From the NCBI GenBank assembly GCA_002633005.1, contig NMRA01000194.1, forward strand, positions 313,074 through 377,073: 64,000 nt of DNA. The letters are read 5' to 3'. The notes under the pieces were generated by a model, which was not told the origin of the DNA, made no database searches, and saw only the letters and a list, made by a program, of their open reading frames with translations. This DNA comes from Phoronis australis. Taxonomy: Eukaryota; Animalia; Phoronida. Both the position numbers and the translations under genes were made by a program. Shown in pieces: positions 24,633 to 38,200 of this stretch; position 1 is the first letter of the stretch; each line of letters begins with the position of its first letter.

Positions 24633-27600
24633 CGGTAAAGTCGCGTGATTTTCGGACACTGAAAATTAATTCCAATAGAAAAAATTCATTCTTGGACGAA
24701 TCTCGCGAAATATCATTTTGTGGTGTCCGAATTTGGCGGACCTCCAAATTTGGGTTTCCGCTAGTGTCCGAATTTCGTGGGTGTACATTATTTCGATGAG
24801 CGGTCGTAGTATCAACAATGCTGGCTCGGTCATTTGATAGCAGTATAATTGCAGGTAAATGAGACTCAAATGGTCTGAGCGATTAATTTTTGAAAATCTG
24901 GCTTTCCCAATAAGAAATGTGCGTCGTCGACGCACAAAGACCGTTCCCAACAAGTGTTGGTTCTTCTTTTCAAAGATGTGCTTTCTCAATATGAAATATT
25001 CGGCTTGCATTGCCGATGCTCAAAAACCGTTCTCGGCAAGAGACGGAATCTTTTCAAAACTGCGCTATCTCACTTGAAATATCGGCCGGGCTGCGTTGTG
25101 AAGAGTCTTCCTGGTGACAAATATGGGCTTTTCAATGAGTGGGTCTGGTTTGCGTTGTTGACGCACATGAAACGTTACAGACAACCGATTCTCTTTTGTA
25201 AAAATGCGTTTTCTCAATAAAAAATGTCGAGTTTGCGCTGTCAACGCATGGTTTCCCAATAAAAAGCTGGACTTGCGTATTCGGCGCACAAAGAGGGTTC
25301 CCGACCATCAAAACATGCGCTTTCTCAATTTTAACGAATTTTGCATTAAACGTAACAGTAATGGATGTGGGAACGAGTTCAGTGAAGAAAGTGACGAACA
25401 ATGACAAGAACATAGCATATATTTATGTTTGTTAAACGTATCCATGCATTGTCTGCTGGTTACAAACCGAAACGCAAGTTAACTCTGACACGTTTATTTC
25501 CATATTATCTGAAAGCTCAGTTTCAACATAAAAACTTTGATTGAACAATTACCCAAAACAGATTAAAAAGACAATCATGATAATAAAACGAGTAGTTTCT
25601 CATCTACTCGTGATCCCCATTTGTCGTCCTGGTAGTCGTCTGAATTGTTGAAGAAGCGCTGTCGTTCTACATGTTTAGGCCTACTGCAAACGATGGGAAT
25701 GCGTCGACTAGTACAGTGCTGCGCGGCTGAAGACACGATTAACTAACATATTGTATATATAAGGGCGTTGACTAGAAAGCAAATGCAATTTCAAATGCTA
25801 CCAACATCAAATTCACCCAACCGTTTTTTTACAATTAAAACCTTTCTCATCCACAGCCTTTGAAACGCCCGATATTAACTCAGTGATACACTGGCGCGTC
25901 TTCATGCAACTGAGGTGACCTAACACATCTGGGTTCGCTTACGTTTTCAACCACAGTGAAAACTCTGACTTGTGAAATCTGTTTGTGGATGAAATGAAAC
26001 TGATAATCGTTAGCATTTTCTGATAATCTGCGAGGAAGATAACAGGGCCGTTTCTTCTGGTCGTCACCAGTTTAGCGCCGTCCACGGTCATCACCAATTT
26101 CGCGCAGCTCAGTCTCCCTCAGTCACTACTAATTTACGCCGCCACCCCTCCCCCCCTCGGCCTCCTGCTGCACACCAATGTCGATTTTGTGCCACTAATT
26201 CTAAGGGAGTCTGCTTGGTGCAACCCCCTGCCAAGACCGTTGTTGCGCACGTTGATACAATAGGCTACTGGGCAGATCACGACTGTTAGAAGAATCGACT
26301 AGTGACGACCTGAAAAGAAAAACGAAAGCACTCAATTTGGGACAGGTGAACTCATGAAGGACGTAAACCAGGCAATTCAAGAACCGGTCTACTATTTATA
26401 TACTTAATTTTCTTTCTTAATATACATTTAACCAATTACAATTCATCTATGTCGACCGTTTTCATTTCATTGCGTCATATATTTGCTACAGTTACGGAAA
26501 ATAGTTCTTCCCACAGGTCTCTGCTGATGGACACTACACACTTCTGCTAACATTTAAAGTATGAACAGTCGCGAGTTTACTGAAGTCTCATTATAAGTAC
26601 AGAAATGTTGTTGAAGAATAACAGTGACTATCTGAAGACAGGAATACATAACAAAATAAAATATGGAAGCACCAAACAAAAATCAAAACAACACTTACCT
26701 GTTGCAATAACGCCTTAAATGCGAACGTACTGACCGACTTGCATGAACGGAATGTTAGTTGAACATGTTAGTAGAACAAAACTGTCTCAATGAAATTTTC
26801 ATGGTTTACAGGTTTAAGAAGATCCACCGTAAATTTCCGTATATAAATCCAGAAGAAAATATGGCCAATTTGCGTATCTTAAATTTTTTCCTAAAATATA
26901 CCTAGGATGCATATCTGAGAATAAAAATGCATGCTTGAAATCTAAAAATAATGCTATTCCCACTAGGATATAATTAGGGTGAGCTACAGTATTTATACTG
27001 TGTTCGTGTATTCGGCATTGCTGAGTATAGGCCCTGGTGTATTTTTACATAAGACGTTTGGTTTCCCCAACTTATATACGGAAATCGCTGGTAATACTTC
27101 CCAAAATTATTTACCCTTGCTGCAAGTAAGGCATCACCTCGGGTAAAAATAGAACAATAATAATTAGCAATGTAACAGTCAACACAATTAAACACACTTA
27201 CAGCTGAAATGCCTCTAAAACTATATTAAGTAATACAAAAAACATGGTCTGTAGTTTAAGATCACGTTTCTTTTTTGTCTCAAAACTATCAACTGAAGGC
27301 GGTAACATGGACAAGAAGGCAAGGTCCTGTGGAAAGTAGATATCGAACTCCGGGTCGGAAACACTTATCAGGTTCCAAGCCCGTTGCATCGGACTCCAGG
27401 TCCTGTATTCTTGTTAGCCTACCCCTAGGACCACAAGAAGCAACGACTACCAAATCTGATTCAACTGACTTGTCATTTTTCGAAATGATTGGTGGAGGAT
27501 TTTCTTAGCCGCCGCAGACAGAGAGTGCCACAGGGTCCCGGTGTCCTTGTCGGGATTCATCTTAATCTCGGGACACCATGGAGTTCAGGGTGTTGTACCT

Positions 27601-28957
27601 CAGACGGTACAGGGTGTGAATTAACAAGACCACAAGTACACAGACCAGTGGATGAGCAAGCAAAATTGGGTCGCCGCAAGTTAAATCTTTTTTAGGTTTA
27701 CATCTGGGGTAAAGCTCGTAACGCTAGAACTTCGCTAAAAAGCAAGAATTCATGAAATTACCTGATGTATTGTGTTTTTGAATTGAAAGCGTGATTTTGG
27801 CTAGATTTTTGTATTTCCCAAGACAGCTACTGAACTCTACCCTAGTCTGCGACCAGGGGCGCAAGGGTGAGAATCTCACGAACACGCTAGACTGAAGACG
27901 TCGAGACGTTTGGTGAGGCATTGCAAACGAAGCACACGATCACACTATCTTCTTTAGCGAGATTCTTGCATCTGCGATGCTTATCAGAGAGCAACAGACA
28001 ATTTGTAAGGGTAATGAAACGTGGTTACGTGGATGTACATTAGTTTTTGATATGTGTTATAGCACACCGGCGCTTACACAACATAGGACAGGGATGCAAT
28101 GTCTCTGTAACAATTGCGTGTGCGCCGCGCCCCTTTCTGAGTGCTGGGCCTTGCACTATGTTTGATTTTTAACCAGCTTTACTTTGGCTCCGTCTCATTC
28201 GGCTGCTGCTGTTCACTATCTACACTACTTTGAACGCGCGATATCCTACGGACAGACTTAGCTGTGGCCTATTGTGAATGGGGGCCTAAACAAAAAATAT
28301 TTCTCATCACGTCAAGAATAAAATCGGGACACGTCGCCGGAGATTTTAGCCACTAACAAGGGCATTTGCAAAGGCCAGGACGTTTTAAAAATAAAAACGT
28401 TTCGTAAACACGCAAGTTGATGTCAGGCGTGCAAGTTCAATGTCACAGTCCGAAGTCGAACAACACGGTCTAATTAAACCAGAGCACATGTTACGCTACA
28501 ACGAAAAACTGCAGCCTTCGGTGTATTTCCCATTTGTATTTTCATCAGAAATTTTCGTCATGCGGGACTCGGTGACTCTTTCCATAGCTAAAGCGCCAAA
28601 CACAAGCTAAACGCAAGACAATCCAGTAACGGTCATGACATCGTCAAGACAAGGTAAAAATTACAAAGCCCGTTACACCAATTCTCAGATTCAAGCCTTA
28701 TAGAGTAGTAATCATCCGTTGAACGCTTTAGTGACACGGGAGTTGCGTCAATCCCAAATTAGCGTTTCTAAAATTTTCCTTGTCCGAAAGTCGCGGGGCA
28801 AAAATCCGACGTTTATGACATTGTCCGAAGTTCGAAGATCATTAAAAAACAGTTTTTGGACCTTGTACGAATTTCGTGGACTATGAAAAACTCATTTCGG
28901 AAATATTTATTCTTGGTCGAAAATGGCGGGCCGTCCGAAAATCACGCGACTTTACCG
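24633..28957 (+). mobile_element. 4.3-kb non-autonomous TA-flanked Tc1/mariner-type element, copy 1 (strand arbitrary)
   Basis: TA TSD at 24631-2 and 28958-9, 25-bp TIR CGGTAAAGTCGCGTGATTTTCGGAC, subterminal GTCCGAA repeats. Full-length reverse complement of 35263-39581. Confidence 0.95.
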
Positions 28958-30267
28958 TATACTCTAGTGGCCAGAAATGGTTACTTAGAAAACTTTGGTT
29001 ATATAAGGTTTTTTGTTGTATCATGTTTAGGTTGAAGTATTTTAGCTGGGTTGTAATATTGACCACTTTGAACATTTTTATTTGTTCAAATTAAAGACAC
29101 CATTTCCAAAATTCTTATTTACTTGTAAATTCCTTAACAAGCACTGCAAGTAGATTCACCCAGTAAATTTAATGAAGCTACATTGAGAATTTGTAAGTTG
29201 AGATATCCATTATTTATAATTCTGCTTATGCTTGTGGCAGCTGTGGTATTAGGTACTACTGGTAAATTATATTGATATTTGAACCCACCTTTTCTGCGGT
29301 CTTATTAATTCAACGAAATCTGGTGTGTAGCTTGTTGCCTGATAAATTTCCATAATTTATGCAAATAAATCGTCCATTATGTTTCTGCTCACACCTTTAA
29401 AATAATAGCTTTCTTGGTTCTGATTTGCACCCGATTCATTTCAAAACCTACGCCTCACTGTTTAAAAAAGCACTCCCAAGCATAATTGTTGTGATTTTTT
29501 TCAAAAGCGTATCTAAGCTATTTTTTATTGCATTGGCGTGGCAACTCCGTGGCATTCCCGTCTCTCATGACCTTAGAGTAACTTGGTTTTGACTCGGGTA
29601 TTGCGTACACCTGTTAGGGAATATTTAAGGCTACAAAATACCCAATGTGTTGCGAATGACATGCGGCTTATGTGCGACGAGTTTACTGCATTATTACTGA
29701 TTGACGTTTTGTGTTGACTGTACTGACTTTTTCACAACAATGACTTCCCTTGTTTCATTTTCAAGGTTCTCTTACACTGCCGTGAATGCCCACAGTTCTT
29801 CAAAATATTGTCTGTTATTGGTACTTGTAACACAGAACTTGAATGTGGAAAGCATCATTTTGTTGCTATCTGTCATTTTTGACGAAACGAGAAAACAAAA
29901 TTTCACATATCCGCCATAATGCGTCCTAAAGTTGTAAGATTTTAACGTTGTATTTTTGAGTACCAGCCGTGGCAAGGATGTAGCTTGCTGTGGACGAGAT
30001 TTTCCTGTCAAGTGGCATTTGTTCTACACAAACTGGAGTTGGCATCTGACCCGATGAACCTGATGACTCATGTTAAATTTGCTTTTTCTTACCCAACCCT
30101 GACTTTTCTGAGAGGAGTGGGCATGGTATGTTATGCTTATTTAGCAGTGTGCAAGTGATATCAACACCACTACACCTCGATAAATAATTTGTGTAATAAT
30201 TTAAAGAAGCATTTCTTTTTGAGCCACTATGTTATTACTGCCCTAAAAGATCTGTTTATTGCAGGGA

Positions 30268-30411
30268 ATGGCTCGACCTCGACTATTGCCATGTATTAGG
30301 TCACAACGGAGAGCCTATTTGCTCCTGTTCGCTGGGTTCTTCATATCAGTCTGCATCATGAACCTGACTATAAGTGCACTCCATTACCAACGCTCAAGTA
30401 AAGCCGTCAAG
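30268..30411 (+). CDS. MGAT5: MGAT5-like (GnT-V) coding exon 1: cytoplasmic tail and type II signal-anchor
   Basis: Acceptor tctgtttattgcag|GGA at 30264/5, ATG 30268, donor AAG|gtaagg at 30411/2 (phase 0). Encodes MARPRLLPCIRSQRRAYLLLFAGFFISVCIMNLTISALHYQRSSKAVK (basic tail plus hydrophobic TM), and joins in frame to exon 2. Confidence 0.8.
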
Positions 30412-31194
30412 GTAAGGAACTCAGCATCATATGTGGCACTCACATGCTGTCCAGTCACAAGGTAGACCTGTTGTCTGATCTGTTGACTTAAAAAATTCTC
30501 ATGTGAACCCTCGTCAGTCATCTGATCTACTTTCTTATAGTCTGTCCCCAAATTTTCCGACAGATCTGCCGTCTTACTTTGAGAAAGCTACACTTGAACG
30601 ATAGAACTTGTGGTTAGGCTGTTTGCCTGATGTAATCTAACCATATCATTTGCATTATGTACATAATGTAACACCATACGACAAATGCTTAAAAAGGCTA
30701 CAAACCCACATTCTATATAATTATATGATTTTGGCAGATAGTATAGTTATTTGGAATCAATAACTCTCCATAGTGTCCGCTCATACCTTCACATTGATCT
30801 CTGGTGTGGAGGGCTTTGTCCAGGATTTCCAGGTTGTTGTGTCCAAATTGTAGTTCCCAATTTTTCAGAGCATCCATGACTATTGGCGCCTGACACCGTT
30901 TTTCGCGACCCCTAGTCAACTTTGCATTACTACAGATAAGTGGGGTTCATGTGCGGAAATAAAGTACTCAAGTTTTAGATCATACTAATAAACTTTATTC
31001 ACAGTAAGGCACAGACTTTGACAATATTTACAGTATTTGCAGAGACAGAACTTGCATCAAACGGAACAAATATTTTCATGAGTCTAGATACTCTAAACCA
31101 GACACACTGATTTTAAAATTATCCAAAAGCCCACTTTTAGAGAAAAAAAAAATCATAAGGTATTCACATATAAACAGCAGAGTAGTTTGCTATT

Positions 31195-31460
31195 TGTACC
31201 TGAATAGTTTCTAATTTGAATAGCAGAGTTGTTTGCCAACAGCCTTAGTTTGCTGTACACCTGCACAGTCACTGTAGATATAAGGGAATGATGTCTGTTT
31301 TGAAATATGTGATATGTCTCACAGAATTCAATTGATTGTTCTTTTGTCCATTCCGAGCATCTGGAAGTTATTTCAAAATCTTCCACAAAAACGGTAGCTC
31401 ACTGCCAAACCAGTTACGAAAACATGCCGTTGAAAGCCCAAACATAGACTCCTTCCTTGA
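31195..31460 (+). mobile_element. Degenerate CR1/L2-group LINE ORF2 3' remnant
   Basis: Frameshifted NSLSLLYTC..VDI...SQNS...RASGSYFK..KTV...L.KHAVESPNIDSF resembles the LINE C-terminal consensus LLYKI...TRNSH...YKYSFFPRTI.EWN.LP..VV..PS.DSFK. Confidence 0.4.
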
Positions 31461-32177
31461 ATTGGGGGATGTTATAATAAAACAATTGTCTTCCACAATC
31501 GATCAAGAAAAAAACTGGTTTTCAAACCCCAACAATGTGATAATTACAGATATATTACTAATATATGATGATGAAAACTGACGTATTGATCTCCTTTTTG
31601 TGAAAAATAACTGTATATGAATGAGTTCTCTGAGCATTTCCATTGTGTATAAAGTTCACTTAATGTCTGTGGTTACAACTGAGTGGCAACAGATGTCTCA
31701 TTTGGAAATTAATCCCGCATTACTTGCACCCTCATATTAATTCAGGAAGTGTGTGATATCATTTAAAGCTAATACCTTACTAGCTGGAACTCAGTGCTAC
31801 ACACATGTACTAGCTAGTGTTGGGGAATCGACTTTCACTGTGTTTACGCTAGACATGAGAAATTGCTATTATGATGGAATAATTAACTTGCATACTATAA
31901 AAGGGAACAGCATTGTGATAATTTCAGGTGAATAACCTCGCCAGGAAGCATGTGCTTCCAGTCAAATTTTCTGCAAAATTCCAGAATTGTACTCGGAAAA
32001 GGCACATTTTCTCTGAAATCAGAAAGATTGCAGAATTTAATTTTCTACTCAACACAAATCTGACTTCACATGAACATGTTTCCTTGTACTAGAATTTAGC
32101 ATTGTTGCAGGAAAGATAAAGCATTATCAGCATGGTCAGATTTCATTTCACATAAATATTAATGAACAGATCTCAAA

Positions 32178-33483
32178 ATGCGCCGACATATTTATGTGAT
32201 ATGTGGGTGCACATTGCCGTCATCTCTGTCCCAGTGTCTGCGGCTGTATCTCCTAAATCCCTTGTAGGAACTTATTGAAATTTGGCAGGTGTTTTTCTAT
32301 AGGGTTGACGACAGAGGGCGACAAGTTTCGGACCGACCCAAATACCACTGTGCCTCCTAGTGGCAATTCTAGTTTTTTACGTTTACATCTGTATCTTTAA
32401 AGGTCCTCAACCGATTTTCATGAAATTTGGCACATAGGCATCTATTAATGAGATGACGTTATCCTCACGTTTACAGATGGATTCGAGGCATTTTGCGCCA
32501 TCTAGTGGCCACTTTTACTATTTTTGAGTCCGTTTTTGGCATCCATCCCTCTATCAACCAAACCACTCTAAGGATGATTGCGAAAATTGGCATGTATGTT
32601 CTTACTATGAAGAGGATGGATGACGATGCTTTTCCGACGACTTCCACTACTGTGGCATCTCCTAGTGGCAGTTTTGTTTGTTTTTGTGCCCATGGCTGTA
32701 TCTCCTAAACGCTCCACAGGATCTTCATTAAATGTTGCAAGTGTGTTTATATGAAGTTAACAACGAACGATGACGACGACTTTTGGACAGATTGGACTAC
32801 AGGTGTGCCCCCTAGTGGCAATTTTATTTTTTACGTTTACCACTGTATCTTCAAAGGATTTCTATAAAATTTGGCACATAGGCATCTAATAATGAGATGA
32901 CGCTATCATCTTGTTTTCGGATGAATTCGAGGTATTTTGCGCTACCTAGTGGCCATTTTTTACTGTTTCGAGTCTTATTTTGGCATCCGTCCCTCCATCA
33001 ACCGAACCACATTAAAGATGATTGTGAAAATAGGCACGTATGTTGTCACAATTATGAGGACAGTTGAGGACGATTTTCCGACTTCGACTACTGTGGCGCC
33101 TCCTAGTGGCAGTTTTGTTTGTTTTTGCGCCCGTGGCTTTATCTCCTCAGTCCTCTGCAGAAAGTTTATTAAAGTTAACAAGTGTATTTAGCGGTATATG
33201 ACGTTGACAACAGAAGACGACAACTTTCAGACGGATTCGATGAACCTTTGTCCCCAAGTGGCAATTTCATTTTTTCCGTTTTGCTAAAATTTCTTGATGG
33301 ATTTTAATGAAATGTGGTAAGTAGGTTTCTGTTAAAAAACGGTGACATTTTCCAGTTGTGTGATGGATTCGAAATATTTTGCACTATCTAGTGGCCATTT
33401 TTATGATACAAATAAACACCCTAGAAGCACACCGTTTGCAGTTCATTCGTTGGTGCATTTCAACGCTCCGCATTGCTCTTGTT
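32178..33483 (+). mobile_element. HINE family A copy
   Basis: Head TGCGCCGACA...TGTGGGTGCA, CTAGTGGC monomers, tail GGTGCATTTCAACGCTCCGCATTGCTCTTGTT. Confidence 0.85.
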
Positions 33484-34380
33484 TATTTTGTGTAGCTTTT
33501 AAGATGAAAACTGATATTTTCATAAAAATCATTAATTAAAGCCTCAATTTTTGACTGTATCTTATTCAAAAACAAGCCCATTTAGTCTGGAGAACAATGT
33601 GGATAGCATAGTTTCAGTCTGCTATAAAGCTGTTTTTGAGTTTCCATGTTGGCAAAATTTGGAAATGTTGTCACTCATAAATATAACTTTTAATGTGGAG
33701 GTAAAAGTTAATAATGAAATTAATTACAGCATGAACAGCTAAACCATTAATGGGCTGGTAAATTTGTATTTATAATTTACGGCTTAAAAATCAAAGTGAT
33801 CTGACATTAGATTGCCAATCACAAAAAAGACAGGAGGTTGTTAGTTTTAAAATATTTTATTTAAAACATAAACGTTTTTACAAACAACAAACTTCTTGAG
33901 CAAAATTGAGGTTTATAAATAAATGAGTCAGAGTATCACTTTCCAAATCACTGTGAAGACAGGTTTTACACGAAATAATAAAAATGTAATAATAGAGTAA
34001 ACGCGGCGTGCATTAGCAGGTAGTTCAGGAGATAGACTTACTGGAATTATAGCCGTCAGACTTAAATAAGTAATGTGCGTACAACTGGACTCAAGCCAGG
34101 ACACTCTGAAAGAAGCGTCTTCTCACCAGAGGTACCGTATACACCCAAGACAGCCTTCAAAACTGCCCAGAGTCATATGACTAGTACTCCAGCTCACCAT
34201 AATGAAAACAACACACACACAGGGATGAACACAGTGGTAGCACCGCATGATGCCACAAGAGAGAATACTACATTCACAACAATACTGATTACAACCCCTT
34301 GTTAATATGGACATCAACAAAAGCAGAAAAGTAAATATTTACCAGCTGTATAAGGTGCCAGACCTGTCCAAAATGACCTG

Positions 34381-34781
34381 GGCCCGGTCTCTATTCTTTG
34401 TACTCGAAACAAACTCGAAACTATTTTTGGCAATTTCTCTGCTCCTTTTGTGCGAACTTAAGATAATTGGTTATCAGACTGTGCTCGAATACATTATAGT
34501 TTATGCATAGGAGTTTCTAGTTCAAGTTTGCCCTTGAAGACCCTTATATTCGTGCTACAAACTCGAGAAAAAACTTGAAATTTCGAGTTCAAACTCGAAC
34601 TTATTGCTTTAATATTGGGTTTACAAACTGTGAACTAAGGGCAATAAATTATCTACGTAAGTTATTGTGTACTCGAGCATAGAATAATAGACACTTATCT
34701 TGAGTTCACCCAAAAGTAGATTAGAAAATGCCAAACCTAATTTTGAGTTCCATTTCGAGTAAAAAGATTGGAGACCAGGCC
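34381..34781. mobile_element. PIF/Harbinger-like MITE
   Basis: CTG 3-bp TSD, ~30-bp TIR GGCC(C/T)GGTCTC(T/C)A(T/A)TCTTT(G/T)TACTCGAAA, repeated ACTCGA motifs. Confidence 0.75.
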
Positions 34782-35262
34782 CTGGTACCAATATCCTAAA
34801 TGTGCAGTATCACAGCATAAAAATGAGATTTTTATTTCTGCTGCTATGCAGTTACTAACTACTGTGTATTACACTATGTATTGCAGGAAGAACTTAACAT
34901 GGAAACTTGCATATCTATTATATATCTATAAAATAAAAAATAAAACATCTAAAAAATACTACAGAGCACAACTAAACATAAAAGCATCCACAATCTCTCT
35001 GTCATATAAAACATACGTCTTACAAAATATACAACACGGAGTACACAAATCAGGTTAGCAACTTGGTCTACAAAATACGATTGCCAGTAAGAAGATCTAG
35101 GTCAGCACTATCAAATTTGTTTAACGAATATTCTATAGCTAACCAAAGGACAAAACTCATTTGTATCTACGGCATCAGGAAATGATGGACTCGCATCTAC
35201 AGTACCTCAGTAAATGCACTCAAGCCCAGGCGTGCGTTCAGTAGATGCTAGGACCTATGCTA

Positions 35263-38200
35263 CGGTAAAGTCGCGTGATTTTCGGACGGCCCGCCATTTT
35301 CGACCAAGAATAAATATTTCCGAAATAAGTTTTTCATAGTCCACGAAATTCGTACAAGGTCAAAAAATGTTTTTCAACTATCCCCAAATTTCGGACAATG
35401 CCATAAACGTCGGATTTTTGTCCCGCGACTTTCGGACAAGGAAAATTTTTAGAAACGGTAATTTGGGATCGACACAACTCCCGTGTCACTAAAGCGTTCA
35501 ACGGATGATTACTACTGTATACGGCTTGAGTCCGAGAATCGGTATAACGGGTTTGTAATTTTTACCTTGTCTTGACGATGTCACGACCGTTACTCGATTG
35601 TCTTGCGTTTAGCTTGTGTTTGGCGCTTTAGCTATGAAAAGAATCGCCGAGTTCCGCATGACGGAAATTTCTGATGAAAATACAAATAGGAAATACACCG
35701 AAGGCTGCAACTTTTCGTTGTAGCGTAACATGTGCTCTGGCCGTGCTGTTCGACTTCCGACTGTGACATTGAACTTGCACGCCTGACATCAACTTGCGTG
35801 TTTACGAAACGTTTTTATTTTTAAAACGTCCTGGCCTTTGCAAATGCCCTTGTTAGTGTCTAAAATCTCCCGACGACGTGTCCGGATTTTATTCTTGTCG
35901 TGATGAGAAATATTTTTTGTTTAGGCCCCCATACACAATAGGCCACAGCTAAGTCTGTCCGTAGGATATCGCGCGTTCAAAGTAGTGTAGATAGTGAACA
36001 GCAGAAGCCGAATGAGACGGAGCCAAAGTAAAGCTGGTTAAAAATCAAACATAGTGCAAGGCCCAGCACTCAGAAAGGGGCGCGGCGCACACGCAATTGT
36101 TACAGAGACATTGCATCCCTGTCCTATGTTGTGTAAGCGCCGGTGTGCTATAACACATATCAAAAACTAATGTACATCTACGTAACCACGTTTCATTACC
36201 CTTACAAATTGTCTGTTGCTCTCTGATAAGCATCGCAGATGCAAGAATCTCGCTAAAGAAGATAGTGTGATCGTGTGCTTCGTTTGCAATGCCTCACCAA
36301 ACGTCTCGACGTCTCTTCAGTCTAGCGTGTTCGTGAGATTCTCACCCTTGCGCCCCTGGTCGCAGACTAGGGTAGAGTTCAGTAGCTGTCTTGGGAAATA
36401 CAAAAATCTAGCCAAAATCACGCTTTCAATTCAAAAACACAATACATCAGGTAATTTCATGAATTCTTGCTTTTTAGCGAAGTTCTAGCGTTACGAGCTT
36501 TACCCCAGATGTAAACCTAAAAAAGATTTAACTTGCGGCGACCCAATTTTGCTTGCTCATCCACTGGTCTGTGTACTTGTGGTCTTGTTAATTCACACCC
36601 TGTACCGTCTGAGGTACAACACCCTGAACTCCATGGTGTCCCGAGATTAAGATGAATCCCGACAAGGACACCGGGACCCTGTGGCACTCTCTGTCTGCGG
36701 CGGCTAAGAAAATCCTCCACCAATCATTTCGAAAAATGACAAGTCAGTTGAATCAGATTTGGTAGTCGTTGCTTCTTGTGGTCCTAGGGGTAGGCTAACA
36801 AGAATACAGGACCTGGAGTCCGATGCAACGGGCTTGGAACCTGATAAGTGTTTCCGACCCGGAGTTCGATATCTACTTTCCACAGGACCTTGCCTTCTTG
36901 TCCATGTTACCGCCTTCAGTTGATAGTTTTGAGACAAAAAAGAAACGTGATCTTAAACTACAGACCATGTTTTTTGTATTACTTAATATAGTTTTAGAGG
37001 CATTTCAGCTGTAAGTGTGTTTAATTGTGTTGACTGTTACATTGCTAATTATTATTGTTCTATTTTTACCCGAGGTGATGCCTTACTTGCAGCAAGGGTA
37101 AATAATTTTGGGAAGTATTACCAGCGATTTCCGTATATAAGTTGGGGAAACCAAACGTCTTATGTAAAAATACACCAGGGCCTATACTCAGCAATGCCGA
37201 ATACACGAACACAGTATAAATACTGTAGCTCACCCTAATTATATCCTAGTGGGAATAGCATTATTTTTAGATTTCAAGCATGCATTTTTATTCTCAGATA
37301 TGCATCCCAGGTATATTTTAGGGAAAAATTTAAGATACGCAAATTGGCCATATATTCTCCTGGACTTATATACGGAAATCTACGGTGGATCTTCTTAAAC
37401 CTGTCAACCATGAAAATTTCATTGAGACAGTTTTGTTCTACTAACATGTTCAACTAACATTCCGTTCATGCAAGTCGGTCAGTACGTTCGCATTTAAGGC
37501 GTTATTGCAACAGGTAAGTGTTGTTTTGATTTTTGTTTGGTGTTTCCATATTTTATTTTGTTATGTATTCCTGTCTTCAGATAGTCACTGTTATTCTTCA
37601 ACAACATTTCTGTACTTATAATGAGACTTCAGTAAACTCGCGACTGTTCATACTTTAAATGTTAGCAGAAGTGTGTAATGTCCATCAGCAGAGACCTGTG
37701 GGAAGAACTATTTTCCGTAACTGTAGCAAATATATGACGAAATGAAATGAAAACGGTCGACATAGATGAATTGTAATTGGTTAAATATACATTAAGAAAG
37801 AAAATTAAGTATATAAATAGTAGAATGGTACTTGAATTGCCTGGTTTACGTCCTTCATGAGTTCACCTGTCCCAAATTGAGTGCTTTCGTTTTTCTTTTC
37901 AGGTCGTCACTAGTCGATTCTTCTAACAGTCGTGATCTGCCCAGTATCCTATTGTATCAACGTGCGCAACAACGGTCTTGGCAGGGGGTTGCACCTAGTA
38001 GACTCCCTTAGAATTAGTGGCGCAAAATCGACATTGGTGTGCAACAGGAGGCCGAGGGGGGGGGGGCGGCGTAAATTAGTAGTGACTGACGGAGACTGAG
38101 CTGCGCGAAATTGGTGACGACCGTGGACGGCGCTAAACTGGTGACGACCAGAAGAAACGGCCCTGTTATCTTCCACGCAGATTACCAGAAAATGTTAACG

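Noticed and set aside
24666-28165. Short ORFs duplicated in 36045-39548 as candidate genes or transposase
   Set aside because: They overlap in several frames with no DDE or HTH motif. Their identity simply reflects the duplicated element.
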